DNA from: Lytechinus pictus
Lineage: Eukaryota
Direction of reading: 5' to 3'
DNA: 64,000 nt
Assembly (NCBI RefSeq): GCF_037042905.1
Contig: NC_087259.1
Coordinates: forward strand, 24,924,001-24,988,000
The position numbers and the translations under genes are program-made. The notes beneath the pieces are model-generated. The model did not search any database and was not told the DNA's origin. It worked only from the letters and a program-made list of their open reading frames with translations. This document shows, in pieces, positions 24,042 to 37,500 of the stretch; within the stretch, counting starts at the first letter, position 1; the number at the start of each line of letters is the position of its first letter.

Positions 24042-24628
24042 AGGTCAAGTCCATCCCAGAAAAAAGTTGATTTGAATCAATAAAGAACAATCAAACAAGA
24101 ATAATGCTGAAAACTTCATCAAAATCAGATGTAAAATAAGAAAGTTATGACATTTTAAAGTTTTGCTTATTTTTCACAACAGGTATATTCACAACTCAGT
24201 GATATGCAAATGAGAAAGTTGATGATGTCCATCACTCACTATTTCTTTTTTTTTTTTATTATTTGAATTATACAATATTTCAATTTTTATTTGACTATTT
24301 AGGACCAACTTGATGGAACCATAAAATATTGAAATAATGGTAATTCCATAAAACTTTATTTCACATGGCAATGGGGAGAAAATTATAATATTTCATATTT
24401 CATATAATAAAATACAAAAGAAATAGTGAGTGGATGATGTCATCAGTACCTCATTTGCATACCGACCAGGATGTGCATATATATAACTATTTTGTGAGAT
24501 TAAGCGAAACTTGAAAATGTTGTAATTTTCTTATTTTACATCCGATTTTGATGAAATTTTCAGCGTTATGTTTGTTCGATTTTTCTCTTTTTATTCAAAG
24601 CAAGTTTTTATTGGGGTGAATTTGTCTT
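24042..24628. mobile_element. TTAA-target (Kolobok-like) MITE, full copy
   Basis: TTAA|AGGTCAAGTCCATCCCAG ... GGGGTGAATTTGTCTT|TTAA, with long internal inverted arms. Confidence 0.88.
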
Positions 24629-25027
24629 TTAAATTGTCAGAAGTAAGCTGGAGTAATTCAAAAACATATTTGTGGTGTAAGATGAATTAAAAAATTATGA
24701 AGTAAGCCAAGGGTTTGTGAAATACAATGTGGCATGAAATTGACCCCAATGAAGGCAAAAGCGAAATTAAGCGAAACTTGAAAATGTTATAATCTTCTTA
24801 TTTTACATCCGATTTTGATGAAATTTTCAGCGTTTTGTTTGTTAGATTTTTCTCTTTTTATTCAAAGCAAGTTTTTATTGGAGTGGATTTGTCCTTTAAA
24901 TTGTCAGAAGTAAGCTGGAGTAATTCAAAAACATATTTGTGGTGTAAGATGAATACAAAAATTATGAAGTAAGCCAAGGGTTTGTGAAATACAATGTGGC
25001 ATGAAATTGACCCCAATGAAGGCAAAA
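24494..25027. repeat. Tandem duplication, ~267-bp unit (MITE right arm plus flank)
   Basis: ~24494-24760 is repeated at 24761-25027 with few substitutions. Both copies end in CCCCAATGAAGGCAAAA. Confidence 0.9.
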
Positions 25028-25944
25028 GGAAAACATGTTGGAGAACTTGATCTTAACATGTTTTTGTCAATGTATGTAGCCTTCTCAATAATTAGTGTCA
25101 TTCAAATCTTCAGGACCTAGGCCTATTCATTTTTCACTTGTGTAGCTACATGTAGGACTTAGCTCGAAGGTCTGTGCTTGAAAAGGAAAACCTTCAACTC
25201 AAGGAAAGTGTTTTTTGTTAATTTGTCAATCATGGTATGAGTTCGTCCCCTTGGTAATTGTAATTGGCTATTGGTTGTTGAGGAAATGCTTCAAATGCCA
25301 ATTATTTCCTGGTCTCAGGTTGGATAGTCTTAACTCTCCAGACATTACATGTATGCTTCACCTGATACATGTACTTCCATCGTTTTCTAGTGCGTAATGG
25401 ACCTACATGAACTTTTCGGGACCATCATCATTTTATGTTTAGTGTTATAATCGTGTAAAAATTGACCTAACACCAACACCAAAAGGTCAACACTGAACTT
25501 GAAATCACCCAATGTAGGTAATTGGCAGAATTAATTCCTGGAATGCACTGAGTTCCTCTTCTATCTGCCATTTGTGGGTTGTGGGGGGGGGGGGGGAGAA
25601 AGATTCTATGGTGAAGAGCATTCATTTGTCAAGGTCACTATACCAAGTTTCGTGATCAACACACTTAGCTCTCGTAGAATCTATGTATATTGCAGATTTA
25701 CTTTGTGGGGGGTAATGCTGTCATTGAAGCGCATCACATAATTAATTCGCCAAGACCAATTACATTGTATCCATTATTGTTAATTCAGTACAAATTACTT
25801 TGTATTTCAGTCCATATAAATATTTGTTTATGAACTACTGTATTTGTGAGGAGATGTCTGTAAATCAAGTTGAAAAGCTATAGGCCTACATGTACATGTA
25901 TATTGCTCTGTAAAAGTGTAATATTTTCAAACCTAGAATAAAAA

Positions 25945-26406
25945 CCCAGGGGGGGGGGGCAGTCAAATGTATTGCTGTTCACACGCATGGCCAAATTATT
26001 TCCAAACATCCCCTAAACGAGTTTTTCTCTGTGTGCAAAATAACCCCCTAAACAAGTTTTTTGCGGGCTTTATTAGTAAACATTTTGGCCCCTAAACAAG
26101 TTGTCGCCAGAATATGACCCGGGAAAAAAGCTTGGGGAAAAAAAACATACCCTAAACACGTTTGGCTAGTCTTAAAAAAAAGCTTTGGAAAAAAATACCC
26201 TAAATGCGTTTGACCCTACGATTGACCATTGACCAGTCTTTCAAAACTACCCCTTTTTTTTGAAAATCTGTGTTTTTGATACTCTTAACGAGTGCATGCG
26301 TGGCCCGCGTCCAAAACTGAAAAAACACCCCTTTAAACGCGTTTTTTTTTGGTCATGTGTGTGTACAGCAATATATTTGACTGCCCCCCCCCCCCCCCCC
26401 CCCGGA
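25945..26406. mobile_element. MITE with CCC(A/G)G-run...C-run termini
   Basis: CCCAG(G)nCAGTCAAATGTATTGCTGT ... ACAGCAATATATTTGACTG(C)nGG, with internal CCCTAAAC repeats. Confidence 0.82.
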
Positions 26407-27107
26407 ATAAAAAGTATGTATGTATATGTACACTCTAAAAAATGGAAAGGTGGAAAGTGGTAAATCACCCTTTGAAAGAGCCGAGGAGTGACCGCATTTA
26501 TAATAAGGATGGAAAATGCTGCCATGCCTTGGCCCTTGGCCTAGATACAAGTGAAGATGTCAGACATGTGTATAAAGAAGACATTATAAACATGTAACTT
26601 TTACTGTATCCTTTACATTTTAGGCAAATTAGCGATTTATGAGTGCTAATTGGTATCCAAAGCAGACTCGGCTCTACATGATTTTGTAGCAAAAGCTTAA
26701 TATAATTCAAATGTTTGACCAAAGGCAGATGAATATGGCTTCAGGCTTAATAACCACCTCCTTATTCTTAGGACAACCTGCTCATAAAGAACATGTTTCT
26801 TGTCTGAACTTTAAGATTATTGGATTACAATGTATTACTAAAGAACCTGTCTATAAAAAACATGTGATCATAAAGACCACCTGATTATAAAGGACTGTTT
26901 TTCTTGTCTCCATTGAGTGGTCTTTATAGACAGCTAGGCTCCATTGTAAATTTGTAATGAATTTGCAAAGCATGGTAGAAGGCACAGGATTTCATGTTAT
27001 AATGTTTTTTTTATCGAGTACATGGTATTACTATTTGTCTGAAATTGAACACATTGCAACATGCTAATCATTGGCTACCCATGGGCTATATGCTCCATAT
27101 GTCTCTG

Positions 27108-27298
27108 AGCCTTTTCACACATGTGAATCTTGAATCATCATTGAAATAATGATTGCGATTGTAATCTTGACTGTGATTAGCATTCATGATTTTAATCATG
27201 TTATAGTTTGGTTTCACACATTCTAAATATTTGTTATTAGCCTTATTTTTCCACTGGATTTATCATTAAAATTACAATTTTTTTCCGTGTGAAAGGGC
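27108..27298. mobile_element. Short Harbinger-like MITE (TTCACAC termini)
   Basis: GCCTTTTCACAC ... GTGTGAAAGGGC, with an internal GTTTCACAC repeat at ~27212. Confidence 0.6.
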
Positions 27299-27534
27299 AG
27301 TCTGTCATGTACATGTAGAAGTATGGTTACATTGTAGGTTGTACTAATTGGGCAACCTAATATCTGGAATGGGTGTGAAGTGCCACAAAGGTCACTGCTG
27401 GAACGTTGTTTGAAGTATGAATTATTGAATAAATAGTTCTTGAATTGGGGGATTTGTCGTGGAGGTTTATTTGATCTCTACTGGCATTCTACTGGCATTA
27501 TAATGATGGAGTAGAAAATAACATTGATCTTTAA

Positions 27535-28117
27535 AGGGGAATCCAGCCTTGGCCATAAAATGTTGTGTTGGGAAGGAGAAAAATACATTAAACAGAATAG
27601 TGAAAGTTTGAAAGAAATCGGTCAAGCAATAAGAAAGTTATAGCTGCTTTAAAATTGAGATCACTAATACTATGTAGATTTCAAATTGGCAACTGGGTAA
27701 GTAAATTATGACAAGGGGCAAGGACAACTTTCCCATAGGCCATGTACTTTATTATCAGGGATTTGTGGTTTTTTCCCAAGTACCCATTCCCCTGGGGCTG
27801 TAATCGAAATATAACCCGGGTAGTATATTGTTTTATGTCCTCATGAAAGAAAAATATAATTTGAAATAAAACTTTTGGGGAAAATGACATTTTAGCCATA
27901 ATATGTATTGGGGTACATGGAAGAGTAGTCCTTGCCTTACATCACTATGACATCCCATATGCGGCCAACTTGAAGTCTCCAATTACCAACATTTACAACT
28001 TTTAAAAATTCATAACTTTCTTGTTGTTTGTCCAATATTGTTCAAACTTTTACCTATCAACTTGTCTGATTTTTCTTTTCCTTATAAAAAAAGTTTTTAT
28101 TTGGGTTGGATTCCCCT
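27535..28117. mobile_element. TTAA-target (Kolobok-like) MITE, second family
   Basis: TTAA|AGGGGAATCCAGCC ... GGTTGGATTCCCCT|TTAA. Confidence 0.88.
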
Positions 28118-29987
28118 TTAACGATGGTGAATGCTCTGCAAGCAGATGTACTGTTTAGGCTATAATACAGTATGTTCATGTACAGTACATGTATATGTAC
28201 ATGTATGTCCCTACTGTACATCCAGTCTAAGTAACAAGTAAACAGAGAAAATATTTGGTCATCTCAATTCTGAATGCTTTCATTTTCAATTGCAATTGGT
28301 AAACTTAGCATTTATTGATTGGTGTGGCTATCCTTATCATTCATCATATTTCTGTTATACACTAAATTGTGCCTTTTCACAATGATGGATACAAATTTAT
28401 ATTTTAATGATAAGTATTCAACATTCATTTTGTCATTGAAAAGAAATGAAAAGTATTAAGGTACTCTGGTAAGACAACATAACTAAAACATATTACAAAG
28501 GTTGTGGAATAAACAGGAATCTTTTAAATTAGACATAAAATATTGTCCAAAAGGATTCAGCTCTATTCTGAGTTATAAAACTAGTTTGTGCTAGATTATT
28601 TTCCTTTTTGTTTATATCCCTTCATCATTTTCTTCTCTCACTCTTTTCACCATCCTCCCCATTCCTTGTCTTTTTCTCCTTCTGTTTAACTTTTATTTTC
28701 TCAATCTTCTTTGTCTCTTCTTCATCTTCTATTCCTCTTTTCTTTCCCTTTCTCATTTTCTTGTCTTTGCATGTTTACATGTATTTCTCCTTTCTCTATT
28801 TGTTAGCCTTTCTTTGTCACTTTCTATCAGTATAAACCTTGTTTGTTGTCATTGTTGCTTCTTATTTTCAAGAACACAGTTAAGATGTGTTCAGACATTA
28901 ATCAATATTGAGCCCTGCAAGTTACTAAAGGTCTAATCAATACATAAAGTATTGTTTTGTCCTGTGAAGGCCACAATTCTTTGTACACCAGCTGGTTGTA
29001 ATATTCACACAATGTCCAGTGCAGTCATATCGGGTTATCTGTTAATCATATAAGGCATTAAATATGACATGGTATACACAATATTGAAATCTGTATAATC
29101 ATAGTTGTCCCAAGCATGCCAGTGTACATGTACATGTAGTCAATGTAATGTACACTTGATATAACTTCAACTAAGGACTGTATACAAAATGCCGGAGGAG
29201 CATGGACCTACTACAACAATCATAGTAGGTCCATGCTCAAATGAAAGATTCTGAAAGAGATGCTGAAATTTAGCAAAATGATCCAGGATATATAGGCCTA
29301 CATGTATCTCATTATGTAGAATGATATCATCTTTGTCTTCTGTATTCAAAACCATGCATTCCCTAAGTAAGCATACTTACATGTAAGAAGAGGTATCATT
29401 GGCCTGGTGACTACGGGGTTCTATTTCATAATGAATTGCAACTATTAAACTGACATTACTTGTAATTTCAATGAAAAACTTGATTTTGATTGGCTGTTGA
29501 GCCCTGTTACCACAGTAATTGCCACATTGACAAAGTTACAACTTGTAAAGTTCTAATGAAACAGGCCCCCAGGTCACACCTTTATGATACCAGTCAATTA
29601 AGAGATCATTGAAGATATAATGACCTTGGTTACCTACCTTGGTAGGCCATGATTGTTGTGGCTCTGGATTGAATACATGTTCCATCGATGTAAGGTCATT
29701 TCCACTGTACATAACGAATTGTGTGACCATTCATAGCCGTTTTCATAACTCTTTGCCATGAATTTAGTCTGAGCCAGGTTTCTCTGTGTTTGGTGCGTTC
29801 ACCTGACTTTGAGAGACTAGTCTCTTTTTACTAGTCGCTCGGTTCCTGATTTACACACCATATGGGACACAGGGCCTTACCCCGTTCCATATTTGCAATA
29901 CCCTTTTATTTCTTAGAGTGGAGATGTGTCACCTGTCAATCCATCACCTCCACACTGTTATGATCTGTTTTTTCTCTTTGCCTCCAG

Positions 29988-30237
29988 GGACTGAACGTTT
30001 CCTTTTCTACCAAAGATGAGGACATATTTGAGTACATGTCTGAAGACTCCAGCATCAGATACTATGACGAGACACACCAAGGTGTGGAGGAGGAAGATGG
30101 GGGTAAAGGCAAGAGGTCACCCCGGAAGGCCAAGGTGGAGAACGGTATGAAGAATGGCACTCTGAACAACAGCCACGCTGGCAGTGATGATGAGGAGGAA
30201 ACGTCACTGAAGGGCAATGCACCTATCAGATCATCAG
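29988..30237 (+). CDS. TPRN: Taperin-like exon 2 (GLNVSFSTKDEDIFEYMSEDSS...APIRSS)
   Basis: Strong polypyrimidine acceptor (ttttctctttgcctccag), in frame with exon 1. LNVSF...FEYMSE corresponds to the phostensin/taperin KISF...(F/Y)xYPSE PP1-binding region. Donor G|gtcagc, phase 1. Confidence 0.85.
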
Positions 30238-30259
30238 GTCAGCATAATTTGTATAAATT

Positions 30260-30779
30260 CCTGAGGGGGGGGGGGGCACTTCCATTGACAAGTGGATACC
30301 AGGCGTGACCAAAGAAACGCGTAAAAAGGATCTCTTTTTCAAGATTGGGCATGTTACCTACGTAACGTAATAAGGATGTCAACGTGTTTACAGTCAAATT
30401 TGCAAGGGTATAAAAAAGACTAAAATGCTTTATAAAGGATCACCAACATTACATGATTAGAGTCCGATTTGAGCGGGGTTTGGGCGGTGGGGCAATACTA
30501 AACCTAATGTAAATAAAGGAAAAGCCGATGTCCGTGATCACGTCTGTGACATAACAATTAAAATATCGCTGTACTTGTTTAGGGGGTTGATTCAGGGAAT
30601 ATTAAGTCAAGTGTACTATTTTGTTTCCAATACTTGTTAAGGGTAGGGCTTCACACGCCAATACTTGTTAAGGGGTGCATTTTCAAAATATGGAAAATAG
30701 TTGTTAGGGTGCTTTTTCGAATTCCCATGGTTGCGCCTGGTATCCACTCGTCAATGAAAGTCCCCCCCCCCCCCTCTGA
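30260..30779. mobile_element. MITE with G-run/C-run termini and ~45-bp TIRs, 22 bp downstream of the exon 2 donor
   Basis: (G)nCACTTCCATTGACAAGTGGATACCAGGCGTGACCA ... TGGTTGCGCCTGGTATCCACTCGTCAATGAAAGT(C)n. Confidence 0.82.
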
Positions 30780-31933
30780 TTAATTCTTTGAGAAGTCATG
30801 CTAGATGTTAACGTTTAATTTTCAAAGTTGATTGATTGTGATGTACATGTATATTAACTACTAATTGTTAAATGGTAATTTTTTTTCATAATGTCTTTAT
30901 TGGTAAAGTATTGAGTATAGCTGGTTGAATTTATGATACATATGAAAACGGCAGTGCATCATAAAAGTAAAACTTAAAAATGATTACTTTTTATTCTCTG
31001 ATGACTTAAAAAGGAAACTTTACAGACATTTTCTACTATTAAAAGTCATTTAATTTGAATGCGGCCTTCATGTTCAATTGACATAAAAATATTTGACAAT
31101 CATGACAATGGCAAGCCCGCAAGAGTTACATGTTAAATTGTAAGGACTTTAAGCATTAGACATGGTTAAAGTTCCGCATCATGAAAACAATTTGTTCCCT
31201 CTATTCTAAAAATACTGAATGACATCATTAAAATGTAAGAATAACATGCAATCCTTTTATCAAATTCAGCTGTAAAACCACAGAAATTTACCGACAATAG
31301 AAACAAAAATATGTATTGTGGATGTGCTTGAGAGAATACTTAAATTCTTTAAAATGGTTGACAAAAAGTTTTTTGGAAATAAATTTTGATAAAATGTGCT
31401 CTATGTTGACTTCCGGACGTGGAAGCTGATTTTTAATTACATTACTTTATCCTTATCTGAAGTATAACAATAAAAAGACAATTCATAATTTGCATTTATG
31501 TGCATGTACTCATGTATTGGTCACAAGCATTTATTTACTAGATAAATATTTACAAGATTTTCTAATGTTTTAAGGAAATTTTGTTCTTTTGTTACTGTGT
31601 AATACGAACATATTTTTGGCACTATTAGGCTCAAATCTCAGAATTGAGAGCAAATTGAAAACAATTTAGGCTTCATTGAAATTTTGTCTGTTCCTATATG
31701 TCCATTGAATGTAACACTGTTTTATTTTATTTTGCTGTAGAGTAAAATTTTGAAAAGCTAGTTCTTATAATTTTTGAATAATTTTTCATAGCATACATAC
31801 GTGGTAAACTTCTATTTGTTGCAGTCATTCATATTTTTGTAGGAAAGGAAAAAAATTCTCAGAATTTTGTCTATATTATTTTTTTAATTATAGATTTCGA
31901 TTTGCTCCAATCGTCTTTTTTTTTATAAATCAG

Positions 31934-32133
31934 GTGGTTTCCAAAACCTTGCTGCTGCCAACTTATCAGCCATGGACATGTTATTAGGGCGTGGTCCCCG
32001 CCCAGCTGAACCCAAGGAAGAGCCCAAGCCTGTCCCGCCCCCTGAACCAGAGTCAGAGGACACGTCTCTCACCCCCATGGATGGTGATCTCTTCTCATCG
32101 GCTGGCCAAGGCACTGCAGCATTGCTCTTTTGA
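31934..32133 (+). CDS. TPRN: Taperin-like exon 3, last coding exon (...DTSLTPMDGDLFSSAGQGTAALLF*)
   Basis: T-rich acceptor ...aatcag, phase 1 matching exon 2, TGA at 32131-32133. The C-terminal LTP...ALLF resembles the taperin C-terminus (LTP...ALYF). Confidence 0.83.
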
Positions 32134-33900
32134 TGGAGGGATATTGTAGACAGGATAGGTTACCAGTCTCTTGCAGGGTAATGTGTAGAATGTGGGTTTC
32201 TTAATTAAGTTCCAAGGAAGTGCTTTCTTTTTGTTCATATTGAATTGGGCAAGGCAAGTATCTTTTACCTGAGGTGCCTTATGAGATTTGGTACCAGTCT
32301 TTTAGTTAAATCATGGATCCAACGGCATATAATGTTTGAGAATCATAACTCGATGGGCTACTCCCCAAAGCTTGAGATCAATGTTTATCACTCATTCATG
32401 TCAGGCTTGAAGACATATAACAAAACACTTTCATTTTTGGGGTGAAATTGAGTCAATTTCCCGACCATCTGAAATAATCAGGGCCAATTGGGATGTCTAT
32501 ACAACGTAAGGGAAATAAGTATAGACTGAAAAGAATATGGATCATAATAGGTAGAAAGTGAAATAAATCGTGAATTCACTGTATATTTGACCTTTAATCA
32601 AAGTCTTAAGCTTTCAAGTTTGTGATATGTCAAAGCTTTACAACATTTTTGTCGAAAATACCTTGTTGAGTGTAAGTGAAGCTCCTCTCTGAAAAAAAGT
32701 TAATGAAAATTTAGAATGCATAGAATATCAACTGTCCCCATTAGAAAATAAAAAACAACCACATGAAGCAAAAAAACCTTGGAGAATTAATGTTTTCCAT
32801 AACATGAAATTACATTCAATTACTTCATTCTAGACTATAGTTGAAAACAATAGACCATAAGGTGATAATCAGTGCATGAATAGTCAACTAGGTTCAGCAT
32901 CATTATCAAACATCACATGCAGATACTCTGAAGGAAGTAAGTTTTTGCTCTCCGTTGAAATTTCTGGAAGGTTATATTTCACTCTGTCATTGACGTTACT
33001 ATTCATCTGCCTGTTAATAGCCCCTCCATTGCATTTTCTTACCCTTCTTAATTGTTATATATACACCTACTTAATGTCCTTCTGTCACAAACAGGCAATT
33101 AATTTGCTCACATATTTCCTTGTTATTGCTTTTCTTCTACGCACGAAACAATATGTTTTTTCAACTTGGTTGAATTGGTTCAGTAGATTCCAGATATTTG
33201 AAGAAAAATTCATCTACCTTCTCTGTTTCCTCTATAAAAGCAGCACATTTTGAAAAAAACATCATGTGATATTTAATTACCTCTCCACATCATTTGAGTC
33301 GCTAATGTGTCCACAAGGCAAAAATATCAACACAATAACACCCCAAGATATGAAATAAGAGAAGAATGTAATCTCCCCATGAGATTTTTATTTATTTCAA
33401 CCATTTCACAAACATTGAAATAAGCAGAGAAAATGTCCAATAGATTGCATTGTGTTTGTCTTTCTCAAAGAAATGGAATCAACAAAAGGCACCCCCTTGA
33501 AGCTAAAGAAATTTGACATTATCAAGTTTTAAATCTTTTGGTGCAAGAAAACGCACAAATTCCTCTCCATTTGAGCGTGCTCATAGTCTCACCATTTTAT
33601 TGATGTAGCGTACATGAGACTTCAGTTCTTGGTGCCAGGTCCGAGAGCAGCGTTCGTTTGATCAATGTTGCAACTGAAGAAAATACACTTTCCTTTGTTA
33701 TTTTCATCAAGGTCTTTGTATGGAATACAATAAAGCATTTGAAGTGGTGTTTGTGAACATCCTGAGGAACAGTGAAAAAGTTTTCGCAGTTTCACTGAGA
33801 GACATGTTTGATTAATATTCCTCTTTAATAAGTTTTTTTTATGTCTCACTCTCGTCACTGCTGCTCCCTCTGGTTATTCCCACAAGGTGCTTTTGTTTAA

Positions 33901-34507
33901 AGGACAAGTCCACCCCAACAAAAAGCTTATTTAAATAGAAAGAGAAAATTCAAACAAGCATAACAAAGTATCTGAAAATGTCATCATAATCGGATGTAAA
34001 ATAAGAAAGTTATAATATTTTAAAGTTTGATTTACACAAAAACAGTTACATGCACATCCTGTTCGGTATGCAAATGAGGGGACCGATGACTTCACCCACT
34101 CACTATTTCTTTTGTATTTTATTATATGAAATATTTTTATTTCTCGAGATTGTCATGTGAAACAAAGTTTCATTCTTCCCTGAACACATGGAATTCCATT
34201 ATTTTAACATTTTGTGGTTCAGGCAAGGAGGTCCTAATAGTAATTGTCAAATTCGTAAAATTGAAATATTGTGTAATTCAAACAATAAAAAACAAAAGAA
34301 ATAGTGAGTGAGTGAGTGACATCATAGACTCTCTCATTTGCATATCACTGAGTTGAGCATAGAAATGTTTTGTGAAAAATAAGTGAAACTTTAAAATGTC
34401 ATAATTTTCTTATTTTACATCCGATTTTAATGAAGTTTTCAGCGTTGTTCATGTTTGATTTTTCTTTATTTATTTAAATCACCTGTATTCTGGGGTGAAC
34501 TTGACCT
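33901..34507. mobile_element. TTAA-target (Kolobok-like) MITE in opposite orientation
   Basis: TTAA|AGGACAAGTCCACCCCAA ... CTGGGGTGAACTTGACCT|TTAA. Confidence 0.88.
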
Positions 34508-37500
34508 TTAACATAGTGTTTTAAATTGAATGTATCAATTTTGATAAATGGTTCTCCTCTATAATAGAAACCAATGTCCTCTAAGTTTCTATGAAATAAA
34601 AACTAAACTTAATGTAAGGAGATTTTGGAAGAGACATTTCAAACAATACCACCCCCTCCTCTAAATCATATCAGGAGACAATTGTCAATATATATAAGTA
34701 CACCTGTGGACCATTCCATGAAACAAATGGTCATTGATTTTCACTGACTATTTGTTATAAGCTACTGAAATTCTTGTATCTGATTGGCTGAGAACAAATT
34801 AGTTTGGTTTTAATCACTGACAAAGCTCTTCGTGAAATACTACCACGCATTGAAATTCTTCAGCATGGAGTGGTTTCGGCTGTCTGTCATATGAGACATG
34901 AGCAAACAAATTTGATCAGTAGTGCATGCATAAATACCCACTGGTGCTTTATCATAGTTCAAGAGTGATTAATTACACTTGAATGTTTTAGAGTAGTTTT
35001 TGAAAAGCCCACCTGCATTAGTAATCTCAGCTACCTTGTTGAATAGGTGTACACTCTATAAAAAAAGGTACATGCTTGCATTTTGAGAAGAAATCACAGG
35101 TTGTAAAATCCCCAAAACTTGTTTTTCTTTTGCCCTTCAATGACTCTTGATATTGCCCTAAGTACAAACCCCCCCCCCAGAAAAATAGTGAATAGTCAAT
35201 TGATGAAATAATAAAACTGACATTATATTAAATTATTATATATAGGGTATACTATTTGAAGGCTTTAAAAAATCTTTATTCATAATATTGGAAAGTGTGT
35301 CTTGGTTCTCATTTAGCAATAAGGAAGTAATACTCAATTTTGCCCCAATACAACATAGATTCACCAATACCTTGTAATGTAAATTTAATGAGGAGTGCAC
35401 ACTATGGATTACGTTGTACTCCTATACTTAACCCATTAGTTTTCCTAGTCAAAGAGTGTGTTCATATTTGCTTCTTCAGATTTTTGAAAAGCGTTTCTCA
35501 TCGTTTGAAACATGTTTACATGTATGTCTTCTTTACATATGGATGCTTATTGTAAATCCACAAAAAGTTGGTATTGGGGAAAGGATAAATTTTATGCAAT
35601 ATTTTTATCGCTTGCATTCAGGTAATGATACATTTATTGGTCTGCAAAGGAATTTTGATTTGTTAGCATTACATTTAATAAGGTATAAATGCATGAAAAT
35701 GCATTTATAAGAAGACGTTGCATTTACACTTTTATAGTGAATAACATTGATGAGTGAATATAACATGATAGTAAAAAACAGCTAGGCTCTCCAAACTCCT
35801 TGCTTTCTTAACTGATATTTTTCAGTTCTTCGAAGTTTAGTATGAATAGTACTCACATGAAATGTACTTTCAATGTGATTTTCATACAGTATGTGTTTTT
35901 AAGCTGCACTGATTCTACGTTAAGAAATTATGTATAGACACACCCTCAGTTGATCATGATAATGCCATAGATTGTACCATGAACCTACTCATCAAACATG
36001 GAGTTTGATCACTAATGAATGTTCATATCTTGATGTGTGTTGAAAGCCGGCGGTATGCAATGGAATATACCGGTAGGAGTTTTCTTTTTGAGGAATACAG
36101 GGGATCAATGCAGTGTTATATCTAGTGGCAGAGATGCTTGCAAATGATAATACATTATCACAGACTTCCTGTAACTAAGTGACTACTGAAATACATTGGA
36201 GAAGGGCACTAAATGCCCATGCAAGAAATTCCCGAGATGGTATGATTATGTAATGAAATCATTAAGAAAATAACCAGTTTTATACTTTCATTTTGAGAAA
36301 ACAGATCAACATAATTGAGGCACCCCAAAGTGATAGAATGGTTAATTGGCTGATTGACATGCTGTAACACTGTAATTAGTATTCAAACCATGTCTACCTT
36401 ATGTAAATAATACCATAATTACCTCCCTATGTAAACAAAAAGGTACTTCATATGCATTCCATAATGTCTGTCAACCAAAACAGCCGATGATTATGTCATC
36501 TCAGGGGTGTACCCCTCTATGAATGGAGTGGTTTTTATTACTTTATTTTTATTTACTTTTTATTGACAAACATCAAAGTAAAAAAAAAAATAATGAACCT
36601 TTTATATCTGCTACCATTCTCTTCCTCCTGCTTTCTATGGAATGGATACAGTGACAACTTGTAGTGAGTTATGCTTTTGTGTGGAAACTCATGATAAAGG
36701 TGGAGTTTGAAATGATCTGCCAGGTCTAAGACTAAGCAAATAATCATGCAGGTACATGTAATTGTTATTTCTGCTGGAAAGTCATGAAAAATCATTCTTT
36801 TAATACTTAAATGCATCTTATTCATATAAAGGAAACTGGATGTTATTTTAGAAGTTTTTTTTTCTCAGGTCGGCCATATATCATACATGTATACCTGACA
36901 TTTGATTAATTAATGGGTTTTGAAGTTCATATTTTTCTGCTCTGAAAGTGAGTGAAAGTAATTTGAGCAATTTTGAAAATGTGTAATGGTAGGCCTTTGT
37001 TAAAAAGATATGGGTAATGGAATCAGATTCACTTGATTATAGAATACTACATTGTTATCAGATTCAAAACCCTGTATAATTCTTTTCATAGGCCTATAGT
37101 TTCCATTGTTTGAAAGATCTCCAAAGATCCCCAAAGATTACAGTCTACTCAACATATACAAATGGCAACTTATGTAACAACTAAGCTTCGAGTCAAGATG
37201 ATGTTGCAGAGATCGCTTTTAAAACAGGACCTTGATGATGATTGAAAGTTTAAAATGCATGCCTAAAATGAGAACAGATGGATTCTAAGATGATAGACAG
37301 GAAAACAGATTGGATAGCATATTATAACACTGTATAAAGATATTATTGAATCGATGAATTCTTATCTTTAAAGCTATTACAAATTCTGCTTATTTATAGG
37401 AGGTTATATGTTTAATCTCAACCACTCCTCCCCTTTTTGTCACCTAATCCTCTACAAGACATGAATCATTATGTGAGGGAATTATATAAATACATGTATC

